Source of the DNA: a virus
Taxonomy: Duplodnaviria; Caudoviricetes
IMG/VR virus record: IMGVR_UViG_3300021979_000004
Location: 64,001 to 128,000 of that record
Direction: 5' to 3' (one strand)
DNA length: 64,000 nt
Shown: positions 35,982-45,517 of the stretch, in pieces
Numbering within the stretch: position 1 is the first letter of the stretch
Layout of the letters: the number at the start of each line of letters is the position of its first letter
The notes under the pieces: generated by a model
Told to the model about the DNA's origin: nothing
The model's input: the letters and a program-made list of their open reading frames with translations, nothing else
The model's database searches: none
Program-made: the position numbers and the translations under genes

Positions 35982-37139
35982 TTACAAGTACATATTCCAA
36001 GGATATCTATAAACCGGTTCCCCAGAAATTTCATCGTTTCTTGTTGTTTTTTCATGCAATCCCAATATCATTTCGGAAAGCTTTTGTGAGGTTAACATTT
36101 TTGCAACCGTATAAGCACTTTCCATCTTTCTCTTAGAATACACGTTTTTTATGATTTGTAAATCATTAAGTGTTATATCGTGACCATATACCTCTATTAA
36201 CTTTTTAAAGCGAAGTATGTGTGCATTGACATTTAGCTGACGATATACATCACTCTCTTCCTTGGAGAGTTTATAATTGTTTGGATACAGAACCATACTG
36301 TTAGGAACATTACTTAACTCTTTGGTATATCCTCGAACCTTCATATAGTTTTCTTCTTCTACATTAACATAGTCGTTTTTCTTTAACGCGACTTTGAAAT
36401 AAGTACCTGTACTTTTTATATCTCTGTTCTGATGGAAAGCACGTTGAGTGACTTCCATATATTTCATACCATAATCTTTAAGAACATAACCAGATGACGT
36501 ATAAAAGTTAGTTCCCTTAAAATTATAAATGGCATCCTCTTTGGTATTCGAAGCTTTTCTATAAAAGTCAACATAAAGATACTGTGCAGCAATTGCAGAT
36601 ACAATAGGGCTACAAATAGGATCAGTTCTGTTTAATCCAACTACCCTAGATGGTAAATATTCAATTTCATCAGGATCACTATCATACAGAATGCTATCTA
36701 CAAATTCTTTTAATAAAATCGGATAATCATATATCTCTTCAGTAGCAAATTCTGTTAAAATGGTCAGAATCATATTGTAGATATCACGGTGCATATTCCA
36801 GTCAGTATCATGACGAATTCCCGCTATCTTTGTTTTTCTTGAGCTTGAAGACACTGGATACGAAAGAGTGAAAAAGTTATGATATTCTAAACCGTTATAG
36901 AAATCATTACTGGCAAGAATTCTTTTGGTTGTTTCATGATCTACCGTTGTGTGTATAGTTCCTTCAAGACCATAAAACTTTTCAAAATTCCCATCATTAA
37001 TAGTTTTCATATCAATACCGTTACATTCTATGCGTGGGTATCGATAATCACCATCCTTCATAAAGAATTCAGATTTAATATTAATCTTTGAGTTTTCTAA
37101 TAGTTTAATAAGATTTGAAAGTTTTAAACGGTTAATCAT
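35982..37139 (-). CDS. Hypothetical protein (385 aa)
   Basis: ORF track; N-terminal INRLKLSN resembles the KLK motif. Confidence 0.7.
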   Translation of the reverse strand: MINRLKLSNLIKLLENSKINIKSEFFMKDGDYRYPRIECNGIDMKTINDGNFEKFYGLEGTIHTTVDHETTKRILASNDFYNGLEYHNFFTLSYPVSSSSRKTKIAGIRHDTDWNMHRDIYNMILTILTEFATEEIYDYPILLKEFVDSILYDSDPDEIEYLPSRVVGLNRTDPICSPIVSAIAAQYLYVDFYRKASNTKEDAIYNFKGTNFYTSSGYVLKDYGMKYMEVTQRAFHQNRDIKSTGTYFKVALKKNDYVNVEEENYMKVRGYTKELSNVPNSMVLYPNNYKLSKEESDVYRQLNVNAHILRFKKLIEVYGHDITLNDLQIIKNVYSKRKMESAYTVAKMLTSQKLSEMILGLHEKTTRNDEISGEPVYRYPWNMYL

Positions 37140-37930
37140 ACCATGCTCTTAAAGAGTTCCTTAATATCAATTCCTTTTTCTTTTGCTACCGATTCTGCCC
37201 ATGTGCTGTTAATAAGCACAAACTTTTCTGAATGGATATGAAGCTCTTCTTTTTTAACATCGCCAAGATTAACATTGTCAACGACGTTACCCTTAATCAT
37301 ACGATCAACGTGATTGAGGATTTCTTTTTTAACCAGTTTAACAAAGCTGTCGCTAAGAATCTTGTTTCTTAGGCTCTTAGACAGAAATTCACGATTAGCG
37401 AGAACAATACGCTGGCGGGTATCTTCCTCGTCAATTAGTTCAATATTATCACTAATGCTATCGATAAGGTGTGAAACATATACTGGTTCCATATCACCAA
37501 CATCAAGCTTAGATACGATAGAATCAGCAATCACATCAAGGTCTTGCAGGAGTTGAAGATAAAAGTCTGTGATGCCTTTAACATACATCATATCCAGATT
37601 ATCTCCTGCTGGAATAACATAGTACAAACCTTTAGTGGCATCATTCACGTTACGCACATAGGTAAACAGTGATTCAGAACGATACGCAACACCATACTGA
37701 TATTCATATACAGTATCGATATAGTCATGAATGAATTCAGGGGTATTAGTAGGTGTACGGTTTGACTTATTCTTGACGACAGAAAAAGTACTAACCGACA
37801 TTTTCTTACTATAGTGAACACCGATATTTCCAGAAGCAACTACATTTTTAAGGTAGGATGAAGAAACTGGTGATGCCTTTACAATAGACTTCAGTTCTTC
37901 ATAGCTCTTTACAATATCATCTACTTTCAT
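37136..37930 (-). CDS. Hypothetical protein, possibly of an ART-like phage family
   Basis: NRTPTNTP..IH...YG..YRSESLFT...YYVIP pattern; fold not verified. Confidence 0.5.
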   Translation of the reverse strand: MKVDDIVKSYEELKSIVKASPVSSSYLKNVVASGNIGVHYSKKMSVSTFSVVKNKSNRTPTNTPEFIHDYIDTVYEYQYGVAYRSESLFTYVRNVNDATKGLYYVIPAGDNLDMMYVKGITDFYLQLLQDLDVIADSIVSKLDVGDMEPVYVSHLIDSISDNIELIDEEDTRQRIVLANREFLSKSLRNKILSDSFVKLVKKEILNHVDRMIKGNVVDNVNLGDVKKEELHIHSEKFVLINSTWAESVAKEKGIDIKELFKSMV

Positions 37931-37956
37931 TCTGTATCCTCTATAGTAAGGGTTAG

Positions 37957-37986
37957 AAAAGGGGCGAGGTTACCGAAGTAACCTCT
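37957..37986 (-). terminator. Terminator with C(UUCG)G tetraloop
   Basis: Minus strand GAGGTTAC-TTCG-GTAACCTC then GCCCCTTTT. Confidence 0.75.
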
Positions 37987-38002
37987 CACTGGCAGTGTTG
38001 AA

Positions 38003-38146
38003 TTATTTACAAAAGTCTGCGTACATGACGTTGAGCTTGATCCATTGTTTACGGCTCATGACCAGAGGCGTAGTGTTCTTACCGATCCGCTCACACATAC
38101 GAGCAAGTTTTGATTCTTTGCGAGTATTGGCGTTTACAATTTTCAT
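38003..38146 (-). CDS. 47-aa basic early protein (not in ORF track)
   Basis: GAGAGGA RBS; MKIVNANTRKESKLARMCERIGKNTTPLVMSRKQWIKLNVMYADFCK; own promoter and terminator. Confidence 0.75.
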   Translation of the reverse strand: MKIVNANTRKESKLARMCERIGKNTTPLVMSRKQWIKLNVMYADFCK

Positions 38147-38175
38147 AACAATGTCCTCTCTCAAGTGTTATAAAC

Positions 38176-38205
38176 ATTATAACATTAAAATTGAAAGAGG
38201 GTCAA
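38176..38205 (-). promoter_or_regulatory. sigma70-type promoter
   Basis: TTGACC-18-TATAAT. Confidence 0.7.
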
Positions 38206-38438
38206 GGATTATCTAGATTAATTGATAATGTTCTTGTAAAAAATTCACCTTCACGATCTTTATTCTGGTACTTAAGCTCAAACTCAAAGGTCGATCCTTC
38301 TTCGTTATAATGGGCTTTTACTCCAACAAGACCTTCTTCTTTATAGTTATTAACCAATCGTTCAATATCAGTTAAGGCTTCTTCCGTGACCAATACTTTT
38401 TTGATTCGGTAAGGGTTGCTCATATTGTCACCACTCAT
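38202..38438 (-). CDS. Hypothetical protein
   Basis: ORF track. Confidence 0.6.
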   Translation of the reverse strand: MSGDNMSNPYRIKKVLVTEEALTDIERLVNNYKEEGLVGVKAHYNEEGSTFEFELKYQNKDREGEFFTRTLSINLDNP

Positions 38439-38646
38439 TAAATATCAAATCGTTTTTTAAATTCATTCCATGAAGCATGTGGATATTCGGACTCACAAAC
38501 CATATGAGTATCAGGAATATCTTTAAACGCCTTAAGTTTATTGTACTGACTACCAAATACACTTTCGTTTAGATAGTTAATCATATCATCATACTCAGAT
38601 TCAGGCAAGTTATAAACGATACAACCTTCTTCAGCAACGTTTTCAT

Positions 38647-38961
38647 TTACAACGTATTTTCGTAAACAGGATCATCGTTTTTGGTCATTTCTTTGAAGAA
38701 CTCTTCAGCATCTTCAACAGTGTCAAAGTCCATGCCTTCATATTCTTCAAAGCTAGGCTCAGCGTCACAGAACTCATACTGTCCATCTTCTTTCTTCTCA
38801 AGCTTACCAATACGAGTACCACCGTGAATAGTAACGGTATAATCGTCTTCATCTTTAATAACAGCAGCCACGTCTAATGGATTCTCACGTGTAGCATTTT
38901 CTACAAGCTGAATCATTTCTTTCATGTTTTTCATAATATTTTTTCCCTTGTTATGTACCAT
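38647..38961 (-). CDS. Acidic hypothetical protein
   Basis: ORF track; likely start MKNMKEMIQLVE. Confidence 0.65.
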   Translation of the reverse strand: MVHNKGKNIMKNMKEMIQLVENATRENPLDVAAVIKDEDDYTVTIHGGTRIGKLEKKEDGQYEFCDAEPSFEEYEGMDFDTVEDAEEFFKEMTKNDDPVYENTL

Positions 38962-39454
38962 TATTTAGGGAATGTGTGAAATCTGACATTATTAATAGTC
39001 TTCCACCAAAGGCTTCAGACAAAAACTTATACATGCTACGATTAGAAATCTTAACACGGTTTAGTGCATCTTTGTTTACATTAAAAACAATTCTGGTCAC
39101 ATAGTATTCATCAAAGTGAATCTGATGCGTTACAGGGCATGAAGGATAACCAACCAATTCTGACGAAGATAATCCTAACTTAAAATCTTTCTTATCAATC
39201 TCTTGCTCAAGATAACATTGAAAGTTCACTAGGGCTTGATGCTCAAAATTAGAAAGATCATCCAGTGTATCATATCCCATACGCTTAACTTCGTTCGCAG
39301 ATGCACATAGAAAAAGAACTGAATGTTGGGCACTACGACTGTTTTTAGGTTTTACAATCTCAGGTTTACAATCCATATCATTCACCGTTAATAAGTTCAT
39401 CCAGAATATCTTCCAACCATTTTTCACGCTCTTGATATTCCTTTTCATGATCAC
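38951..39454 (-). CDS. KLKxP-motif family hypothetical protein
   Basis: RIVFNVNKDALNRVKISNRSMY; likely start MDCKPE. Confidence 0.7.
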   Translation of the reverse strand: MIMKRNIKSVKNGWKIFWMNLLTVNDMDCKPEIVKPKNSRSAQHSVLFLCASANEVKRMGYDTLDDLSNFEHQALVNFQCYLEQEIDKKDFKLGLSSSELVGYPSCPVTHQIHFDEYYVTRIVFNVNKDALNRVKISNRSMYKFLSEAFGGRLLIMSDFTHSLNNGT

Positions 39455-39818
39455 TCAGGAAAGTCCAAAGGCGCTCAAATGGTTCAATTTCTTTAATAAT
39501 ACAACTACGGGTATACTCTTTCGTACCGACATATTTGATAATTGCTAACGTTGAGAAATTGTTTACATTATCAACGTAAAATACAAGTTCTGTACCTTTT
39601 ACTTTGTAAAGATAATAGTATCCTTTCTCAATGGTTCTATGTGAATACGGGTTAAGATCAAACCAAAGTTTATTCACTTTTGTAGGTGATCTTCCACTAA
39701 GGGCCTTGATAACTTTATCAACAATATTATTTTCTTTATAAAGATCAGAGCTTTCATACTTAACCTTCTGGTATAAACGCTCTGCTTCTTCTGTTGGGTC
39801 TACTGGTTTAAACGACAT
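39378..39818 (-). CDS. Hypothetical protein
   Basis: ORF track. Confidence 0.65.
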   Translation of the reverse strand: MSFKPVDPTEEAERLYQKVKYESSDLYKENNIVDKVIKALSGRSPTKVNKLWFDLNPYSHRTIEKGYYYLYKVKGTELVFYVDNVNNFSTLAIIKYVGTKEYTRSCIIKEIEPFERLWTFLSDHEKEYQEREKWLEDILDELINGE

Positions 39819-39827
39819 ATGCTATCC

Positions 39828-40910
39828 TCAGTACTCAGGAAATTCCCTTGAAATGTAATTACTACCATACTTCCAAAGCTGATCTACCGTTCGGGTCATG
39901 ATCAGGCATCCATGACCTCTTAGGTTGACTACAACAACCTCTTCATCCGGTGATGGGTAAAGCTCTACCACCTCATCAAACTCTTCTAGAAAGCCACATG
40001 GAACCTTGCTGGAAGTCATCTTAGCACCTTCGATGTATACATGCCCATGCACCATGTAATTAATGTTTGGATAATAATTGAACAACTTAACCTGAATCGG
40101 TGTGTCTACTGAAGGTTTACGATCACCATAGTAAAGAACTGACCCATTGAATTCAGGACTCACTTCTACAAACCCATCTGTTTCGATTAGTTTCTTATCG
40201 ATATTACGCTGTGTGACAAAGATACGATCTTGCTGTCTCTCAGCAGGAAACCCAAACATACAACGTGTACTTGCGTTACCCAATAGACGGTTAGGGTTAA
40301 CAGCGTTTACGTACTTAGTGAATTCATTAGCTGAATATTTAACAAACTCAATAAACTCTGGATCGATAGTGAACTCACGTTCTTCATCGATTTTTTTACT
40401 AGGCACACGAGTCATTGAGAACAATTGATTAATACGATTTAAGATAGTATCTGCCAATTCTTCGATTGAACAGGTATCAACATACAAGTTACCAAGAGGA
40501 TCAAGCAGTTTAAACTTATAAAGGTTCTTGGGCTTGGTAATCATGATTCCAAGGTTACTTTTTGATTTAAGTAGTCGGCCAATTACATCAGACTCTTTGT
40601 ATTCTTTTTCAACCACACGCTTAGAGCTAATAAGCAATGCTCTAGGTGCTTCTTCTTTAATTCTCGGAAGAATCTTATCTTCATCATTAGAAATATTTGG
40701 CATCCAGATAATAACATCGTAACGACTATACTTAAGGTCATCAGTAAGGATACTTAATGCACCACCATTGACCCAATCACATTCAAATCCTGAATGCTCA
40801 TCCATGTACTCAGTGAATTTTAAAATAACACTAGATACATTAGAGTCTTTATATTCATTTGGATCATCAAGGTGTTCAAATGTACCACCAACAATTAGCA
40901 TTTTTTTCAT
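39828..40910 (-). CDS. Two-domain protein with class II aldolase/adducin-like C-terminal domain
   Basis: PSVDTPIQ, YMVHGHVY, VNLRGHGCLI Zn-site motifs. Confidence 0.65.
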   Translation of the reverse strand: MKKMLIVGGTFEHLDDPNEYKDSNVSSVILKFTEYMDEHSGFECDWVNGGALSILTDDLKYSRYDVIIWMPNISNDEDKILPRIKEEAPRALLISSKRVVEKEYKESDVIGRLLKSKSNLGIMITKPKNLYKFKLLDPLGNLYVDTCSIEELADTILNRINQLFSMTRVPSKKIDEEREFTIDPEFIEFVKYSANEFTKYVNAVNPNRLLGNASTRCMFGFPAERQQDRIFVTQRNIDKKLIETDGFVEVSPEFNGSVLYYGDRKPSVDTPIQVKLFNYYPNINYMVHGHVYIEGAKMTSSKVPCGFLEEFDEVVELYPSPDEEVVVVNLRGHGCLIMTRTVDQLWKYGSNYISREFPEY

Positions 40911-41626
40911 ACATTATCTCCAAATCGTTTGCGATATTCTCTCATAATTTTACTGTGTCGGTTTTTATTGACATGATACCGCTCTAGGTTTATACCGTTG
41001 AGCTTGTCGTACATTGTACAAACAATGTAATCCATATGTCCATCATAAACTTTGTCAACAAACACTTTAGAAGGAATTGATTTGTTTAATCTGATTTTTT
41101 TGAAATCATAAGCCCTTCCTTCAGTAGTCTCAGTGACAACCGGACAGGATACTGAATAAGTATAGCGTGTGCCTTTTGTTACCTCACGCTTGTAAGCTAC
41201 CTTACTTGCAATTTTATTTTTATCTAAATCCCCAACCAAGCGGGTATAGATATGCATGATTCTTGGACTAACTTCGACAAGATTACCATGATAGCAATTC
41301 TTAGAATTACCATCTACATGTAAAATATTTCCAGTAGGCCAATCTCCATAAACCAAAAGCCAGATCAAACGACTTCGTAGCATTTTATATTGCTTACCAT
41401 TGAGTTTAAAATCTACTGTAAGGTATTCGTATGTTGCACCAGTTGGGGTAGTCATAACTTGTGAAGTTAGGGGTAAAGGACGATCAAAATACTTCTTACC
41501 TATAGCACTTACGGAGTATGGCGTGTTTTTATTATAAAACAAACTACCAGTTCCATCGTAATAATAATGCGCTAAACAAAATTGTTTCAGTCGTTCATTG
41601 TCTTCTTTATTCCTTAGTCGGGGCAT
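40907..41626 (-). CDS. Degenerate HNH endonuclease-like protein
   Basis: RSRLIWLLVYGDWPTGNILHVDGNSKNCYHGNL resembles HRLxW...IDHIDGNxxNN. Confidence 0.6.
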   Translation of the reverse strand: MPRLRNKEDNERLKQFCLAHYYYDGTGSLFYNKNTPYSVSAIGKKYFDRPLPLTSQVMTTPTGATYEYLTVDFKLNGKQYKMLRSRLIWLLVYGDWPTGNILHVDGNSKNCYHGNLVEVSPRIMHIYTRLVGDLDKNKIASKVAYKREVTKGTRYTYSVSCPVVTETTEGRAYDFKKIRLNKSIPSKVFVDKVYDGHMDYIVCTMYDKLNGINLERYHVNKNRHSKIMREYRKRFGDNV

Positions 41627-42123
41627 TATTCTATCCTCATAAGTTTATCAATCGTATATCCAGTAATCTTATGATACACATTTGGTATTTTAATTTTTAG
41701 ATAATTAAGATCATGTTTATTAATGGCAACCTTATAGCGAACGATTACCATATAAGAGTTCATGTTAACTTCTGTCTGTACTCGGTTTTCTAGAAAAGGA
41801 ATACCTTTCTTACAATAAGGCTTTATTACATCAATCATGCCATTTAGATGACCTCGGACAAATTCATCCAATTTATTAAAATGCTCATCCCTTCCTGTAT
41901 TATATGTTTCAGTCATGAACTGGTTATGAAAGGTGTACATTGTGCTTGTAACATGAATCGCAATACTAGTCCGATCTACCATCCAATCCTTTATATAAGA
42001 ATTAAATTCCTCACGGCTATGATTGGACATCAAATCATCTACGTTAAGATTTTCGATATCACCGGATTCTAGCTGTTGCCACGCTCTTTTAATTCTTTCT
42101 CTTTCTGAACTATTCTCCGACAT
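41626..42123 (-). CDS. KLKxP-motif family hypothetical protein
   Basis: DLNYLKIKIPNVY. Confidence 0.75.
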   Translation of the reverse strand: MSENSSERERIKRAWQQLESGDIENLNVDDLMSNHSREEFNSYIKDWMVDRTSIAIHVTSTMYTFHNQFMTETYNTGRDEHFNKLDEFVRGHLNGMIDVIKPYCKKGIPFLENRVQTEVNMNSYMVIVRYKVAINKHDLNYLKIKIPNVYHKITGYTIDKLMRIE

Positions 42124-42478
42124 TACAAAAAACCTTTTGATTGTATTGACCCGAAACTGTATCTAGATATTGTTCCATGCTTTTTAGTTTCCAAAAATTT
42201 GCTTCACGGCTTGATATGGATAAACTGACTCTTACTAACGTATGATTATCATCAACAATACCATCACCGTAAAACAGGTTATTTGAGGCATACTTCGCGA
42301 ATGATGAGAGATTTCTAACATCACGCTTGTAAATCCTAGACATTGATCTTTGCGCACGTACCTTTACACCATAAAACTTTAAAAATGATTTTTCAACACC
42401 ATCACAGGCTTTATTGATGATCATGTTACCATCTTTAGAAACAAGGTCTACGCGTACAATTACCTTAAACTCTTTCAT
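42110..42478 (-). CDS. KLKxP-motif family hypothetical protein
   Basis: EANFWKLKSMEQY. Confidence 0.7.
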   Translation of the reverse strand: MKEFKVIVRVDLVSKDGNMIINKACDGVEKSFLKFYGVKVRAQRSMSRIYKRDVRNLSSFAKYASNNLFYGDGIVDDNHTLVRVSLSISSREANFWKLKSMEQYLDTVSGQYNQKVFCNVGE

Positions 42479-42762
42479 ACGTTAACTACAGTAAACACGT
42501 CAGGGTCTAAAAAATAGTTAAGAGGTTTTCCAGTATGGTAGTCAACACAAACGGTATCATAAAAATCGGCACTTGTTGAGTGTTTTGTGTGCGCAGCATA
42601 GCATATGTTTACTGAAACAAATCCATCTTCTTCTGATAGCTCGTCTACTTCAAACAACACAGCATCACCCGAAATACCAAGCATTTCAATATCTTTAGTC
42701 CAATCAATACTCATGTGTCCCTCAATCTTGCCCCAAGGCTTCACTTGATAATGGATGAACAT
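42475..42762 (-). CDS. Hypothetical protein
   Basis: ORF track. Confidence 0.6.
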   Translation of the reverse strand: MFIHYQVKPWGKIEGHMSIDWTKDIEMLGISGDAVLFEVDELSEEDGFVSVNICYAAHTKHSTSADFYDTVCVDYHTGKPLNYFLDPDVFTVVNV

Positions 42763-43057
42763 CTAACGTATTATACGCTTCTAGTTCATCCTCAATAGTC
42801 ATAAATTCTGGATACTCATTTCGCATAGTATCGTAGAAGTACTCTTCGGAGATAGTACCATCATTAAATGCATCACACAAGTGCTGAAAACGACGTTCCT
42901 TGGAAAGTTTCGGTCGGCCACCGCACTTCTTAGCTTGTGCTTTCGCTTTACACGATTTACTGTAATACTTCCCCCAACCACGCTTTAGGTCTGCGGTGCG
43001 AACACTTTTTTGTCGTCCGCATCCACACGCACATGTTACCATTTGAGTTGATGCCAT
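42722..43057 (-). CDS. Zn-ribbon-like phage protein
   Basis: GAGG RBS before MASTQ; CACGCG...VRTADLKRGWGKYYSKSCKA. Confidence 0.7.
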   Translation of the reverse strand: MASTQMVTCACGCGRQKSVRTADLKRGWGKYYSKSCKAKAQAKKCGGRPKLSKERRFQHLCDAFNDGTISEEYFYDTMRNEYPEFMTIEDELEAYNTLDVHPLSSEALGQD

Positions 43058-43058
43058 T

Positions 43059-43481
43059 TTACACCTCTTTCTTTTTGAATTTTGCGATAAAAGTGAATAA
43101 CGAAATTGTAGTGAGTACGGTCCATGCAACAATAACCGTAGTGATCCACCATCCACTATAAATTGCAATACCAAGGATAGCCAGATTAATAGACACAATA
43201 GTAGTCAGTACTTTAAATGCTTGGGGGTCCATTGGATTTTTAGGATCGTAAACAATCTTATCATTATGTTGATCAAGGTACGATTTCGTAAAACGGTCTT
43301 TATTAATAACTACACTTGTTAGCCCAATAGCAAGAAAAGCATAAAGACACAGCGTAATGAAATGTACCGATTCTACTATAAACGTACCAACAGTCCCAAT
43401 AGCAACAGGGTTGACAAAAAGAAACAAGCTGGTAATCAAAGTGATGGTAGAAACATAACTAAGGTTAAAATTTAATTTCAT
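43059..43481 (-). CDS. Membrane protein
   Basis: 4 hydrophobic segments; GGAG RBS; TTGACT-18-TATAAT promoter at 43508-43537. Confidence 0.7.
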   Translation of the reverse strand: MKLNFNLSYVSTITLITSLFLFVNPVAIGTVGTFIVESVHFITLCLYAFLAIGLTSVVINKDRFTKSYLDQHNDKIVYDPKNPMDPQAFKVLTTIVSINLAILGIAIYSGWWITTVIVAWTVLTTISLFTFIAKFKKKEV

Positions 43482-43542
43482 AGTCTATCTCCTAATTAAC
43501 TATACATATTATAATTGATATTGATATGCACAGTCAAGGACT

Positions 43543-43962
43543 TTAAGTCAAAAATCTTGTATGTTTTAACTTAAAATGATTTTTCGTGTTATTGTTAGTG
43601 AATTCCAAATTTATCATAAAGTAAATATTTTTCACATTCATAGATGATCTTAACTGTTCAAGCAAATCATCAAAGTCTTCTTCAAAGTTATAAATTTTCT
43701 CAACCCAAGCATTATTTGATGTCATACTATCCGCAAGGGTTTCTACTAGAAAGCCACTATAGATATCCTCACGCTTAAACAACTCCATTGGTAGAAATTG
43801 AGTCATTGCAAACGTTGGCTCAACTGAAAGGTTTAGATTATTATCTTTAATAATTTGTTCCAACTCATAGGCATCAAAAAACAACATCAAGAAGTTTTTA
43901 TCTTCTTTCTCCCAGAGTTTAGTATACATAATACTATTTGTTATCTCATGATTATAAAGCAT
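43543..43962 (-). CDS. KLKxP-motif family hypothetical protein
   Basis: Ends INLEFTNNNTKNHFKLKHTRFLT. Confidence 0.7.
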   Translation of the reverse strand: MLYNHEITNSIMYTKLWEKEDKNFLMLFFDAYELEQIIKDNNLNLSVEPTFAMTQFLPMELFKREDIYSGFLVETLADSMTSNNAWVEKIYNFEEDFDDLLEQLRSSMNVKNIYFMINLEFTNNNTKNHFKLKHTRFLT

Positions 43963-43977
43963 AATGAGTCCTCACCG

Positions 43978-44145
43978 TCACACTAATCTAGCACGTGCCA
44001 ACCACGTTGTCCAATGCCCATTTACCCGAACATCGGCATACTGACCATCTGGCTTCTTATGGAGCCTAGCACCATACTTTGTGCATAGCTTTCTGGTTGA
44101 AATCCACTGCTCAAACAGTTTATGTTCTTTATCATAGTCGATCAT
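43978..44145 (-). CDS. 55-aa hypothetical protein (not in ORF track)
   Basis: AGGA RBS; MIDYDKEHKLFEQW...HWTTWLARARLV. Confidence 0.6.
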   Translation of the reverse strand: MIDYDKEHKLFEQWISTRKLCTKYGARLHKKPDGQYADVRVNGHWTTWLARARLV

Positions 44146-44681
44146 ATATTTCCTAACGTTCCATCTGTAACAAATTCAGTAGTTTCTCTAAAATAATACG
44201 ATACCTTATCTGGCCCTAAATATACAACTCCATTAGCATATGAAAATCCATCTTCTTCCTCAACCATTTCATTTTCAATATACTTGGAATAAATTTCGTC
44301 AAATAGCTCAACAAAAGGATTGAGATTAATCATCAAATTGTTCTGATGTACATACTGTGCGTGTCTAAGAAAATTAATATTTCTATACCACGCTTTGTTA
44401 TAAGAATCTAAGGTTGCAAAGTTAAACCCACCATCTGAGCTTTCTACACATCGGAGATACGGCATAAAAACATTCTCTTCAGGAAGGTATACAATTTCAA
44501 TCCTTTTCTTAATTCCTTTTTCTGATTGATATTCCCAATACTCAAGGCGATGATCAACATGTTCGTATCCAAGGCACTTAGCATCTTTGTCAACTTCTAA
44601 GAACCTGATAACGGCACCTGATTGATTATAATAAATATGTTTTTCTTCCCAAGAATAGTAGGACCAACCTCGCTGTTCCAT
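44142..44681 (-). CDS. Hypothetical protein
   Basis: ORF track. Confidence 0.65.
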   Translation of the reverse strand: MEQRGWSYYSWEEKHIYYNQSGAVIRFLEVDKDAKCLGYEHVDHRLEYWEYQSEKGIKKRIEIVYLPEENVFMPYLRCVESSDGGFNFATLDSYNKAWYRNINFLRHAQYVHQNNLMINLNPFVELFDEIYSKYIENEMVEEEDGFSYANGVVYLGPDKVSYYFRETTEFVTDGTLGNI

Positions 44682-44684
44682 GTA

Positions 44685-45059
44685 TCACCAACCCTTTACT
44701 TTATATTCTTTAAGCAATTTATTTTTATCTTCTAGTGCTTCAACTGATGGATCATCACTGAGAAATATCTTTTCGATGTGGACAAAGTTACAAAAGTCAG
44801 GTTCCTTCAAGTTAAAGTAATTAAGTATCTTGCTAACATTTTTCTGTAATTCATTTTGAGGAACACGTATACCTATAACCGACGTAAGAATTTTTTTCTT
44901 ATCAACAAAAGGGTAAAATTCTAGGATAGAAAATTCGTTATAAATCATACCATTATTTTTCACATACTTACGTAGACAGTGCTTTGCATCGTTTACTAAG
45001 CGTATCAGAATAAGGGTGCTTTTATCATCAGACATTAGAATACCTCTAAAAATTACCAT
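44685..45059 (-). CDS. KLKxP-motif family hypothetical protein
   Basis: KILNYFNLKEPDF. Confidence 0.7.
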   Translation of the reverse strand: MVIFRGILMSDDKSTLILIRLVNDAKHCLRKYVKNNGMIYNEFSILEFYPFVDKKKILTSVIGIRVPQNELQKNVSKILNYFNLKEPDFCNFVHIEKIFLSDDPSVEALEDKNKLLKEYKVKGW

Positions 45060-45086
45060 AGCTTAACATAATTTTTCTGATGTATC

Positions 45087-45115
45087 AAAAAAAGAGAGGC
45101 TAAGCCTCTCTTTTT
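45087..45115. terminator. Rho-independent terminator
   Basis: AAAAAGAGAGGC-taa-GCCTCTCTTTTT. Confidence 0.8.
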
Positions 45116-45507
45116 CATTCCTGAATCCAATAATCGTATACCATCTTATTCGAACTGTCCCACACATCACACAAGTTGCCATCAACCACTGCCGCGAAGT
45201 GCTTTGCCATGTGAGCTACGATTCGACCTTTAGGAAGATCGTAGTAACGTGCTTTACGTCCTTCGATCTTAGGTGCTGATCTACGCACAAATCCATACTT
45301 CTTCAAAGCTGCTTCCATATCTTCTTTATAGATACCACGCGCAATTGCTGCACTGCCCATCTTGCCGTTCTTTGAAGCTTCTTTCAGAGCCTTACGTGCT
45401 TCAGTGTAAGGAATGTTACAGGCAATTGCCATAGCACGAATACCACAATCAGTTTTCGTCTTCATGCCTGCTTCTGCACGTCCACCATCAGTATAGATAT
45501 AAGTCAT
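45115..45507 (-). CDS. Conserved phage protein (DCxIRA motif)
   Basis: DCGIRAMAIA...HFAAVVDG..CDVWDS, a possible Cys-His-Asp triad. Confidence 0.65.
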   Translation of the reverse strand: MTYIYTDGGRAEAGMKTKTDCGIRAMAIACNIPYTEARKALKEASKNGKMGSAAIARGIYKEDMEAALKKYGFVRRSAPKIEGRKARYYDLPKGRIVAHMAKHFAAVVDGNLCDVWDSSNKMVYDYWIQE

Positions 45508-45517
45508 GATAAGTTCC

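Noticed and set aside
38438-38660. Possible unlisted minus-strand ORF (..VNENVAEEGCIVY..KKRFDI)
   Set aside because: The frame is open but no convincing start codon or RBS could be placed.
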